DNA of 64,000 nt from Nymphaea colorata (lineage: Eukaryota). The stretch spans positions 27,156,001-27,220,000 of the forward strand of contig NC_045138.2 in assembly GCF_008831285.2 (NCBI RefSeq), written 5' to 3'. Below are positions 14,756 to 25,623 of this stretch, in pieces; the first letter of the stretch is position 1; every line of letters starts with the position of its first letter. The translations under genes and the position numbers were made by a program. The notes below the pieces were generated by a model that saw only the letters and a list, made by a program, of their open reading frames with translations, made no database searches and was not told the DNA's origin.

Positions 14756-15211
14756 TGTAACACCCCAGATGTTTAGTCCCGTATCGAAGATTGTGAGGGA
14801 TCTTCAAGGGCTTATAAATGGAGGCTTTAATGAGATGATTGTCCTGGTTCCTAGCCTTTTTAGGATTGGAACCGAAACTGCTAGGGGACGGGTTGGGATC
14901 CGTCGAACCAGGGGCCCGAGCCCGGGAGTGGGTCGGGTTGTTATAGTGGTATCCGAGCAGTTTCAACACTCGGACCTAGGGTCCCACACGCGCGGACGCG
15001 TGTGCCTTAAGGGGGGTGGATTGTAACACCCCAGATGTTTAGTCCCGTATCGAAGATTGTGAGGGATCTTCAAGGGCTTATAAATGGAGGCTTTAATGAG
15101 ATGATTGTCCTGGTTCCTAGCCTTTTTAGGATTGGAACCGAAACTGCTAGGGGACGGGTTGGGATCCGTCGAACCAGGGGCCCGAGCCCGGGAGTGGGTC
15201 GGGTTGTTATA
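14756..15211 (+). mobile_element. TRIM (terminal-repeat retrotransposon in miniature), complete, 456 bp
   Basis: Two identical 190-bp LTRs (14756-14945, 15022-15211; TGTAAC...GTTATA). PBS TGGTATCCGAGC at 14947-14958 (one mismatch to the tRNA-iMet-type TGGTATCAGAGC). PPT AAGGGGGGTGGA just before LTR2. 76-bp non-coding internal region. 5-bp TSD GTCCC at 14751-14755 and 15212-15216. Confidence 0.95.
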
Positions 15212-15721
15212 GTCCCCGCTTCATTTTTTTTTTTCTTTTGATAATTGAGTTGGGATGAGGTAGACCTCTCTCGCCATTAATGCGAAGAAATACAGAAGAA
15301 AATTACGTGACATCAAGTAAGTATTTCAGGTGCCTTTTCCTTCTTTAATAACACAATAATCATGTGTGGTAGGTCTAATCAATTATTGTGAAGGGGACTG
15401 AATAACTATACATTGCTTTTGTAGGGCAAGTAAATGTACTCTAAGGGGTCATTCGACAATAGCAATTGGAATATTTATCTACTTGGAATATTGGGGCAGA
15501 TTCATAAGATATTCTAACATTGTGTTCTATAAATCTACTCCCATGGTCAAAATGTTCAAAATAAATACATAGCATATTTTACTTCGGTGAAACTACCTAA
15601 TTGAGCTGAGAGAGCTTTCAAATTTTTTTAGTTTGGCCCGACTCGTCGCTCCTTTTGACCCGACCCACAGACCATTTAGCTCGCCCCTGTAAAAAATCCT
15701 AGCTTCGCCCCTGCCCTCTCA

Positions 15722-15851
15722 GGTTGTAAAACCTCAAGGCCATTTTCCTACTCCAATGGTTTGGGCAGGTGTTGGCTTTGGTAAAAAGTCAGGTGCCTCT
15801 AAGATTTGAATTAACAACTAGCTGTCTACCACCACTGACCCAACTAAGTGC
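15722..15851 (-). mobile_element. Diverged copy of the dispersed tRNA-head (SINE-like) repeat found at 50726-50952
   Basis: Colinear similarity GGTTGTAAAACCTCAAGGC...GGTGCCTCTAAGATTTGAATTAACAACTAGCTGTCTACC vs GGTGTAAAACCCCCAAGGC...GGTGCCATTGAGATTTGAACTAGCGACCAGCTGCCTATC. Confidence 0.55.
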
Positions 15852-16283
15852 ACTCAATCCTTAGCCGCCAACATTGTCCACAACTGAAATCAACGTGGTG
15901 GCGAAAAATAAATAGTGAAACAGAAAACAGTACTAGTTAATCAGCAATATCATAATCCACACGAGATGCTGAATATATATGGCTTCATTTTAATGGATAC
16001 CTCATTACAGGTTGAGAATAATCTTCCTTGCACAAAATTATAGGGCTAACCTATTAAAAACTACAAACACGTGTAAAAGAGTATTTATTTGGCACAATAT
16101 TGCGAATATTTGGTCAAATTTCTAAGTGACAGACTTACTGCTCTACAACCATCAAACAAACATAGCCCGTCTTCTTAACACCCAAGATAAATTTATGAGG
16201 TCTGCAGATTTGTGTCTATTCTTCTCTTCAATGAGGGTAGCACTGCATGTTGGGTAGGCAGTGCAGCGTTGATTCGATTCCTG

Positions 16284-16371
16284 TCGGTGATACTGTTCGG
16301 AGACCATAAAAGGTAAGATGTAAATGCTCGGTGATACTTTTCGGAGACCGTAAAGAGTAAGATCTAGATGC
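16284..16371 (+). repeat. Tandem duplication, 2 x 44 bp, inside a possible SINE-like element
   Basis: TCGGTGATACT(G/T)TTCGGAGACC(A/G)TAAA...GTAAGAT.TA.ATGC at 16284-16327 and 16328-16371. Confidence 0.8.
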
Positions 16372-17098
16372 TTCTTGAAAAGTATACCCCACCCAAAACT
16401 TCAAGCAATCCAAAATCCCGAAGATAGGAAGAATGAGAGAAGACTTCGAGCTTCTTTTCTGGGTAGTGGATTGTTAACAAAAAAAAAAAAACAGTAGTGA
16501 GATACCTTAAAAAGGTTGTATCGAATTAAGCAACAAAGTGATCACATTAAAACTATCTAAGTTACAAATTCTGTGATTCATAACCTAATGTGCTACTCAT
16601 GTAGACCTTAAAAAGTTTCAAAAACATGCTCTGTTAAATTCCATAGGTGAAAGTCACATGAGGGCCGGCAAAAAGAACCATTCACCTTGTAAAAAAAATA
16701 CACCGGACGATATATTCAATGAAATGGATATGCATGTAATTTCTACAATGTGTATGGCATGTTTCAAAATCTAGAATTGCAGTTTCTCGCATTGAATTAA
16801 TGCGGACGACATTTGCGTAAATATTTCGTGAAGGGCGGGCAATAAGGAGGGTACGTTTGAAGCACGTCGCCTTGGGCGAGCCAAAAGCAAACCTTTTTTC
16901 CTCCCATTTGAAGTTCAAACTTCAAACGGCTATCCGTCCGACCCATCCTTCTATATCCGTCGGCGCTCAAAAAATTAACCAACATTCCGCCCACGCCTTC
17001 ATTTTCATACTCTGAGAAATCTTCAGAGAAATTAAGGAAGAGTTAGAAGAAGCAGGGGAGGAGGAAAAAGGAATTCCTTTTTCGGTATTTTCTCCCAA

Positions 17099-19833
17099 AT
17101 GGGTGCTTCAGGGAAATGGCTCAAGTCTTTGATCGGTAGCAAGAAACGTGAAAAAGAGGAACTGGTACTCTCTCTCTCTCGGCTTTTTGTCCTCTGTTTT
17201 GGGGAGAAATTTTTGTTGAGGAGCTTGTTTCTTATAGTTTGTCTTACATTTTAGTTTCTTCTTTCCTTTTTGTTGTGTGTGAGGATTTTGATTGTTTAAT
17301 GGTTCTGCTAATGGGTGGCTAAAGCAGGAGAAGCAGGGGAACAGAGGGAGTCGGAAATGGATGATTTGGAAGAACCGGACTCCCTCCTCAAGGGCGCCCT
17401 CTGAGGCGTCCGATTGCTCGCCTACCATGGCCGAAGACGTTTACAATGCAGTGATCGCAACCATCGCTCGTGCACCGGCCAAGGATTTTAGGGTGGTGAG
17501 AGAAGAGTGGGCAGCAATTCGCATACAGACTGCATTTCGGGGGTTTCTGGTATTGTGGTTCCTGAAATCCGTTCTGAACTCTTCCATGTTTAACTCCTTT
17601 AAATTTGTCTTCCAAGTTAAGGGTTTGGGGCTTTTTCTGCTTAGGATAAAAAACATCCTTTCTTCCTTTTGCCTGATTTTTCTTAATGATAACCAAGATG
17701 GTACTTCCACAACGTCTACACCAAATTACCCAGAAAATAGATAAAACAAATAGGCTAGTTAGTCTGGACCCTGAGATTCTGTCTCAGTTTATTCCATTTA
17801 CTTAATTGGGTCAGTAGTCAGTACTGACTAGAGGCTTTTCTACTCTCGTCTGTCTCAGATATGTGCATATAGATCAGAAATACTGCATGTCCATTTTCTA
17901 TTTCACAGAGTAACATTTTACTTTGAATGATAATATTCCAACTCTAAAAGAAATGGATTATGATGTGCAAGTGATTGTAGTTCGTTTATAGTGTTTCAAG
18001 TGCAAGCAAGGAAATGACTAAGGCGAGCTTAAGGATCTTGATTTCTCATGTGCAGGCTAGAAGGGCCTTCAGAGCACTGAGGGCTGTTGTTCGCCTCCAA
18101 GCAATTTTCAGAGGCCGTCGAGTGAGGAAGCAAGCAGCAGTCACTCTGAGGTGCATGCAAGCACTTGTTAGGGTACAAGCACGCATAAGGGCGAGGCACG
18201 TTAGGATGTCATCCGAAGGACAGGCCATACAAAAGATGTTGGATGAACACCGCACAGAAAGCAATCCGTTGAAACAAGCAGAGGTGCCATGTTTCTTTTG
18301 TTCTTCTCTTTCCTTTTTATAATGTTTGGATCGCATAATCAATAAATGCATCTGAACATTGTTAGTCGAGGTCTAGACTGCTGCTTCAATTTGTCTAATA
18401 TGTTGGTATATCATGTAAATATCTTTTACTGTTAAAACCAAATTGCAGAAGCACCAGACACTCTAATAGCAACTAGCGTTTGTGGAAAGGATCTAGGGAT
18501 TATGTTATCTACATTAGGGGGGAGTCAATTTTGGAACGTGGATCACTTAGATGACTGTTTTCAGTTGAACATTTAAAACGCCAGTATAATGCACCTAAAC
18601 TATTGAAGAAGCCGCTTGGCAGTCTTCATTACCATCAATTGTTTTAGGACCTGTTTGGATGCACGCCCACAACTGCGTTTTAGAAGTAAAACGCCATTTT
18701 GCCTCCAAATCGCCGTTTTCTGTTTGTTTGGATGGACTGAGAATGGCGTTTTAGAAAACCTGGTTCTCGGAGAACGCCAAGCGGAAAAACTACCCCCTCT
18801 CATGTTATTTACTCAAAACTAGTTTTCTCATGCCTGCTGTAGTTTTCACAAACCAGATGTTAACAAAAATCACTTTTTCAAGGTGTCAACCAAATGCTAC
18901 CTTAGTTTTATTGGCTTGAGCTGAGCTTCCTACTTGCTTGCAGGAAGGATGGTGTGACAGACAGGGAACCCTTGCGGAAGTCAAAGCAAGGCTACACATG
19001 AGGCAACAGGGGGCCGTCAAGAGGGAAAGGACTCTTGCTTACTCGCAGGTCTGATCCCTTGATCAAATCTTGGGCTAATGGCTCAACTATAATGATTTTT
19101 TCTCTCTATAGTCTATACTCTGATCAACAACTCATAGTTATCTTTTACTCATTTGCAGTCGTGGAGATCAAATTCCAATTCCATTACAAATGCTAAAATG
19201 AATTGTAAATCAAATTTATCACTGTGCAACCTTCAATACGAACCTGACAAAGGGATATCGGAATGGAGTTGGCTAGAACGTTGGATGGCTGCTAAGCCAT
19301 GGGAAAGCAGGCTAATGGAACAGTGCCCTGCGGATTCTGTTGATACCCCTCGCTCTAGGAGCTACATTGATCAGTCTGGAGCACTGTTGAAGCATGATGA
19401 TGAAAGCAAAGAGGATCTTGAAAAACAGAAGCTTCACATGGAAAAGCTTACAAAGCAAAGTGAGCCTCTATCAGTTGTTGTTCAAAAGAACAATATGACT
19501 ACTAGGATTTCGGCTAGACCTCCAGCTGCTTTATCCAATGGGCACCGCTCAAGCGCTCGGCCTTTATCTAGTCCAAGGTCTGAACTCCAATATGATGAAA
19601 GCTCTGCTTCTTCACCAGCAACCACATCTACTCCCATTTCAGGTAACACTGCCGCAGGGTCAGAAGAAAGCAGCATTAATAGGCCTAGTTACATGAATTT
19701 GACAGAATCGATGAAAGCAAAGCAGAAGTCATGCTCTAATCGTACACGAAGACAGGGCTCTGAGGATTTTCAGCAATATAAGAAATCTTTTCTTTCTGTG
19801 GATGGAGATTCAACAAATATTGGCTGGTCCTAG
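17099..19833 (+). CDS. IQD: IQ67-domain (IQD) calmodulin/microtubule-associated protein, IQD6-like clade, 5 exons
   Basis: Exons approx 17099-17164, 17328-17549, 18056-18283, 18944-19048, 19159-19833. N-terminus MGASGKWLKSLI. IQ67 domain EEWAAIRIQTAFRGFL|ARRAFRALRAVVRLQAIFRGRRVRKQAAVTLRCMQALVRVQAR is split by the characteristic phase-0 intron. Also EGWCD, WSWLERWMAAKPWE and PSYMNLTES motifs. Confidence 0.95.
18647..18902. mobile_element. PIF/Harbinger-derived (Tourist-like) MITE in IQD intron 3
   Basis: Left end GGACCTGTTTGGA, degenerate right end AACCAAATGCTACC, internal AAAACGCC/GGCGTTTT inverted motifs. Confidence 0.45.
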
Positions 19834-20117
19834 AACCTGATGAAGCAAACTAAAGGGATTCGTTTGAGTTGTGGATAGTGGTTGTGTTTCTCGTGATGTG
19901 TGATTTTTGTTTGTCTCAAAATTCAACAGCTTGTTGTCCTGTACTACAGTTGGTTGTCGTGAGAGCTGTGTTGTTTTTAAATTTTAGTAGGAATGGCAGC
20001 TTCTTGAAAGCATACCTGAACGTTGGCTTACAAAATGCAGTTTCTGTTAATATTTTTTCTGGAAGATAAATGCAATATTTTATGCTTCTCACTTTTCTTC
20101 CTTTTCTTCTTCTTCTT

Positions 20118-20119
<2 letters not shown>

Positions 20120-20174
<55 letters not shown>
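20120..20174. repeat. (CT)n microsatellite downstream of IQD
   Basis: Seen directly. Confidence 0.95.
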
Positions 20175-20178
<4 letters not shown>

Positions 20179-21560
20179 ATGTGTACACTGAATGGTGGAT
20201 CTAAAGATGTCCCTTCCCCCTTTTTCTTTCTTGAGCCTGAATGTGCATAAATCCAAACTTCTATCAAGGTCCCTTTATGAAGTTGAAGCTGGGTTTATTC
20301 TCCAACGGACTAATGGGAATAGAGGTTTTACTTTAATGAACTTTGACAAAGCGGCTTCTTTCTCCACAGACCTTCCAAACTATTGCTCCTCCCAAAGTTG
20401 GCCAATTCCTAAAACTCGTTGCAATTTTTAACACCATATTTCTTGTAAAAAGTGCCGATTAAACATTGACTTCGGAAGTCTGCTTTCTGTCCTTTAAAGT
20501 GAACCGAACCGAAGAGGCTTTAGTTGTACAGAAGATTTGTAATTGTTCATGGATTTTACGGGTCAAGCATTCGCGTGAAAGGCACGCACTCTAGGATAAT
20601 CAATGTCTGATTCTTGTATGCATGTGCAATCGCATATTGAACATTAGGATTTGAATTATGGCGCCGTGTATGTACTAGAATTTTTGTATGCGTTGTGAGT
20701 GTCGCTATTTCTTGCCGTGAGACATCGGACCTCTCTCTCTCTCTCTCTCTATAGTTCGATGCAAAATCAGATTAAAATCTACGATATGGTAATTGAAGAA
20801 AATTGAATGATGATTTTGGCTATCTAAAGTTACTCCATTCATTACGGTTGTTTGTTCTATGATTATAGACAGTTGAGAGAAAACCAATAAAAAAAGGGTG
20901 ATAAACATTTTCGATCATCTAGTCTGATTACATACTTCGTTCTCTTGTTTTATTTTAACTGTTCATTATAGTGGGTCAGACGGCCTTCATAACTGAGCCG
21001 GTGATTTCAAATTGCCAAAGTCACCATTTAGGTGAGTAAGAGGTTAATCCCACAACTGGAGTGAAGGCCAAAGCTTGTCTCCCCCACCCTCCCTCTTTCA
21101 TCCCCCCAGGGTCCATAGCTGCTTTGTGGTGCCTTGAGGTAGGCATCCCTCTATGCACTATTTGCATATTGGTGCCCTCTCTTTTACAGTAGAGTGGGCT
21201 GACACCGCAGGAGTTCAAAATAGAAACTGACTGCCTACCATCCTCAACCTCAATAGTTGCACCAACCCTCTTAGGGATTTGTCAAAGTCACCATTCAAAA
21301 AAAAAAAAAGGAAATTGATGGTACTAGCACTAGCAGTCTTGCCTTCATATCAAAATTCACCGTGTGAACTTAAGTTGTTTGACTACCTTGACATGGTAAT
21401 GTCCTTCTCATAGGTAAGGATTGGCGCTAGAATCATTGTCATCGTTAACCATTTTAGACACCTTTGAAAAAATACGCTTGTAAATTTTTTTGCTAAATCA
21501 GCAAGTCTAAATTGGTTCATAAATAAGTACAGGAATCAACATAAAGAGGGGGTGTTGTTT

Positions 21561-21797
21561 CCGGTTTTCAGCTGTGTAAGAGATTAACAACCCACTATTT
21601 AGAAAAGAGGTTTGAAGGCCTCTCCATTCTTCCTACCTTTAGGGTCCTAAGATGCGTTGGTGTTAGCAATGACAATGACACACTCTTCAACTTTTGTATT
21701 GTGACCCACTACTTAAGACACAAAGATATAGTGCCTACGGGAATCAAACTACAGACCTGCCTATTTACAGGTCCGTAGCTCAACTATTAAGGCACAA
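21561..21797 (-). mobile_element. Putative tRNA-derived SINE with target-site duplication
   Basis: Minus-strand head GTGCCTTAATAGTTGAGC...TAGGCAGGTCTGTAGTTTGATTCCCGTAGGCAC contains a B-box-like GTTTGATTCC. Flanking 14-bp direct repeats AGG(G/A)GGTGTTGTTT at 21547-21560 and 21798-21811. Confidence 0.5.
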
Positions 21798-22299
21798 AGG
21801 AGGTGTTGTTTTGGTGGAAGAAATATTGCTTTTACTATGAAATGTTGAAAATGTTGGCAGTATCCAATGAACCAAATGCAATCATTTTAAGGGCCAACAA
21901 AGACCGTGTGGCACAACAGAATGTACGAGACCTATCCGATTTTTCATCCACATAAGTCAAATTTCTGAAAGCATTGGTGAAGATTCTTGAAGTAGATTGT
22001 GTAATTGCATATTAAGGGATGATTTTGTCATGCATGAAACCAGATACATACTCCACAGTTCACTTGCCCGGAGACTTCATTTATACATCTCTACCTGCAC
22101 AAGAGATGGATTGGTTTTTCATGAATTAGACATGGGCTTCCTCGCAAATTCCTGCATCTATGGCTGATCTTACAACTGATACATTTTTGTTTCAGGCCCT
22201 TAACTTCGGAACTATGAGGATGATGAGTCTTAGACAAAACCAATATCCACATGCAAATCCTTGAGGTTGTTTGGTAACAATAACATGAATCTATCCTGA

Positions 22300-22464
22300 G
22301 AGTCCATTTGACAAATGAAACAATATGTAATTATTTTATGAATATGACAAAAAAAATTGAAGCAGATCTATGAAACGCCTTAAAGAGTGTTTTTTATGAA
22401 TCTATCTCAAATTGTAAGTAGATTCATGAAAAAATTGCAATGTTTCATTTGTCAAACGAGCCCC
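22300..22464. mobile_element. Tourist-like MITE, ~165 bp
   Basis: TIRs GAGTCCATTTGACAAATGAAACA / TGTTTCATTTGTCAAACGAGCCCC with a 16-bp perfect core. Similar degenerate ends near 15443, 60213 and 61890. Confidence 0.7.
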
Positions 22465-24283
22465 AAAGTAACCCACACACCTACCCTAAAAATCAAGGCA
22501 TCCTGCCTCATCACCATTCCGGTTTTATTCTGTGCCGGGTCTGGATCAAGCGTGGCTGCTCCAAGCACAAACTCCGTCATCAAGATCTCGGGTCACATAT
22601 GAACTGAACCTATTTGACATAAGATCCGTAAAGCTTGATCATGTGCCGTTGGCCTCTGCGAACACAAAATGGCCGTCTCACGCTTGGATCCAGATCCGGA
22701 TTAGCTAAAGCCTGTCGCTGTTTCCTTTTATCGGGAAAAACCGGACCGGTTGCACCCCTTCTAGAATGAGTGGTCCAGATCCATTTGTGGCATCGCTTCC
22801 TCTCCAATCTCCATTCTCCCAGCATAGGCGGGTTAGAGATATATGACCGACAGAAGAAGAGGGAAATGATAAAAGCGTGACGGCCAGCCAATTGTGGAAT
22901 CAAATTTTGGTGCTTCCTTCCAACTAAGTATGTCACCAAGGTACTACCAGTTTTTTGCGTGCTTATTTATTGTTTTGCTTAAGGTTCACCACCGACAATG
23001 CTAGACACCCTTTTGATGAATGCGTAATTGATGTCTCTCCTCCACTCAATTCATTCAAAAGAAAATTTGATGACCCAGCTTTTAATTCGCACCTTAGATG
23101 TAAAAGCACTTGAAAAGATTGATGGACATGCCAATTGTTTGTGGAAATGCTTGAATGGGAAGATTTTTCTTTCTGCTTTTTTTCATCTCTGTCAGTCTGG
23201 TGGACTGCCTCTTTTAGGTGGCTGACAGGGTTTTTTCGCTGTTGTATGACAATGGTTCTTTTTTCGTGACTCTTCTTTTCTCTTTTTCGATGAGAGTATT
23301 CATATGATTCATTGCATGTAAACGTGAGCGATGGCACAAAACTTAGGTGTAATTGGTTCTCAGTGGAATAGTAGTTCATTTGCTTGTGATTTTTATCTTC
23401 TCTTTTTCAATGAGAAAGTGTTGATGTGACCACATGCATGTGAGAAAGGCTGCGCATAGACTAGGAGCATTTTTTTGTCGCTGAACTGATGATCCATGTG
23501 GTGAGATTTTCCTTCCATATTCACATGTGTGATCTATGACTGGTTTCGTGTATAGAAGACTGATTGTGCGTAGGTTGATGAAAGGGGTCGATATTTGATT
23601 ATAGCCATATGTAACTAAGAAACCGAAAAGTGAGATCCTTTCTTAATTATAATGGCGCTGCATCGAGGGCTTAGTTACAGTATAGCTTTGGGGTGTTTCG
23701 GCCAAACGGGTTTTGTTACAATCTGAACTCTTTACAGCTTCCAAATTCATAAACTGGAGAGGTTATTGAGTGTGCTATGTTATTATTCGCTTTAACACTA
23801 TAAGTAGCAAGTGTTTTGTGAGTTTCGTCAAAGTGAATACTCCCATGCCAGTGGCAGTAGAGACAGATTAATCGAACACACAATGCGCGATACCTTCAGG
23901 AAATCTACTGTCTTGTATGTAGCCTCGTATTCAACCTTTGCCGGACAGACAAGTGTTGCCTACCGTTATTAAGTAATGGTTCCAGGTTTAGATGCAACAC
24001 GTCAATTTATTTGGTGCAACCGATTTTCCGCTTTTACAATATAAATGCACGATACTTTTTGACTTTCGTTCCCTCCCTTACTCTTTTGTTATTTTCCTCC
24101 TCATACTTGTTTCCTGTTTGTATGATATTTGCAGCAATATGACAAGAATCTAGATCTCACCGGTAAAATCAGCAATGTGAAAGTGTGATAAAAAGTCAAG
24201 CAGGTGCTCATCATTTACTCATGCTTTTATTAGCTCTTCAACATGTCCGCTGATTGACATCCTGCAGTCAGTTCTCCCTTGGA

Positions 24284-24748
24284 ATGGCATCATCCATTCT
24301 GAGTGTTGCTGCTTCAAGATCTGCTCTGGGCTTGGCAGCTATTCAGAAGTCTCAGCTTGGTAGCTGGAGAAGCTTTCCCCCAAGACCAAGACCAAGTCTC
24401 ATTGTAAGAGCAGTTCAGGATAATGGCGATCGAAGGCGGTTGGTTGATATCATCCGCTTTATCCCTGAACTGTCCAGAAACTATTTCAGAAGCCGCCCTC
24501 GGAGGGCACTTTTTGGGGGCATCTCATTGTTGGGCGGCTTTTATGTGGCACAGACAATTTCTCTGTCTTTTGGTGCTTTAGGAGTGAATGACGTAATTGC
24601 TGCAGTAATATGCGTTCTCCTTACTGAGTATGTTACTAAGTTCTATCATACTCGAACCAAAGTCACCTTTCCAGTGGCTCTTCTCAACAACTTCAAAATG
24701 GGCTTCACCTATGGCCTTTTTATTGATGCTTTCAAGCTGGCTAGTTAA
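24284..24748 (+). CDS. Ycf20-like (DUF565) protein, probably plastid-targeted; single coding exon
   Basis: ATG at 24284. Ser/Ala/Arg-rich N-terminus ending VRA (transit-peptide-like), then RRLVDIIR, PRRALFGGISLLGGFYVAQTISLSFGALGVNDVIAAV, LLNNFKMGFTYGLFIDAFKLAS*. The acceptor CTGCAG at ~24267 and a donor at ~22940 imply 5'UTR intron(s). Confidence 0.92.
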   Translation: MASSILSVAASRSALGLAAIQKSQLGSWRSFPPRPRPSLIVRAVQDNGDRRRLVDIIRFIPELSRNYFRSRPRRALFGGISLLGGFYVAQTISLSFGALGVNDVIAAVICVLLTEYVTKFYHTRTKVTFPVALLNNFKMGFTYGLFIDAFKLAS

Positions 24749-25623
24749 GTATTTGCCGTCTTGTTTATCTAGGCTAGCCTTTCCCACTTCCCAGCACTCT
24801 CGAAGTGGGTTTCTTTGACGGCATTTTCATTGTTGGTTTCCAGCTCTATACTTGAATATATGTAGACATGACTCCACTTAGTAAATGAATGGTCGATTCT
24901 CTCTCTCTCTCTCTCTCTCTCGTCGATCGTCATTCGACACCATCATGTTCCATGTTAAGGTTTGTCCTGTATGAGTGGCTTGTCCGGTCATGTTCATATT
25001 TATTGTAGTCTATATTGCTCATATTCTGGTCATCTCGCTGTCTACGTTTATGCCATTATGTGCCTGTCTTTAGTTGTTTCAACTTTTACCAAAAATCACT
25101 GCGTCAAGGAGTTGTTGCTATTCGTGTCATCAAGGCAAAAAGATTGTGCAGCTAGGCCACCGAGCTCCCAGTCACAGTCCTTTGCCTTTCCTCTTTATGC
25201 TTTTTCTTGTTTTACATTAATCTATAGTGCCTTTGAAAAACTTGCCAATAGGGTCAATTTCTTTCAGCAAAATATTTTAGACCGATTGAGCCTTTTGTTC
25301 ACCACATTAGTTGCTGATGTTGAATTTTGTTATCCACACATTATAATTGCGGGATCTGACATGTAGTTGATTGTTGGACAGAGAGACCAAGTATTCACTG
25401 TTTGCAAGTGCTAACTTCTCTTATTTCTTGTCAATGATCCAGGCAGAATGCATTGAAACTTCTGCTTGACTATTTTGAAAAAGAGAGAGAGAGAGATCCA
25501 TAAACATTTTTTTCTAGTTATTCATGCGCTAATACCAGTTTAGTTTATTATTTACATACTGAAGAGACTACGTCTCCCTGCTGTACATATCCCAGAGGAA
25601 CTGACAACATTGCTTGCAGTTTC

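Noticed and set aside
14756..15211. Cassandra-type TRIM (5S rRNA-like sequence in the LTRs)
   Set aside because: No 5S A/C-box sequence (AGTACTAGGATGGGTGACC-like) is visible in the LTRs.
14628..15241. ORFs 14628-15026, 14637-14969 and 15035-15241 as genes
   Set aside because: They are chance frames across the TRIM LTRs with no recognisable protein motifs.
16260..16273. miR397-like 14-mer AGTGCAGCGTTGAT
   Set aside because: The 5' seed (TCATTG) is absent and I see no star arm. It fits better as part of a SINE-like head.
21731..21795. Functional tRNA gene
   Set aside because: Only 65 nt, no cloverleaf with proper D and anticodon arms, and a degenerate B box.
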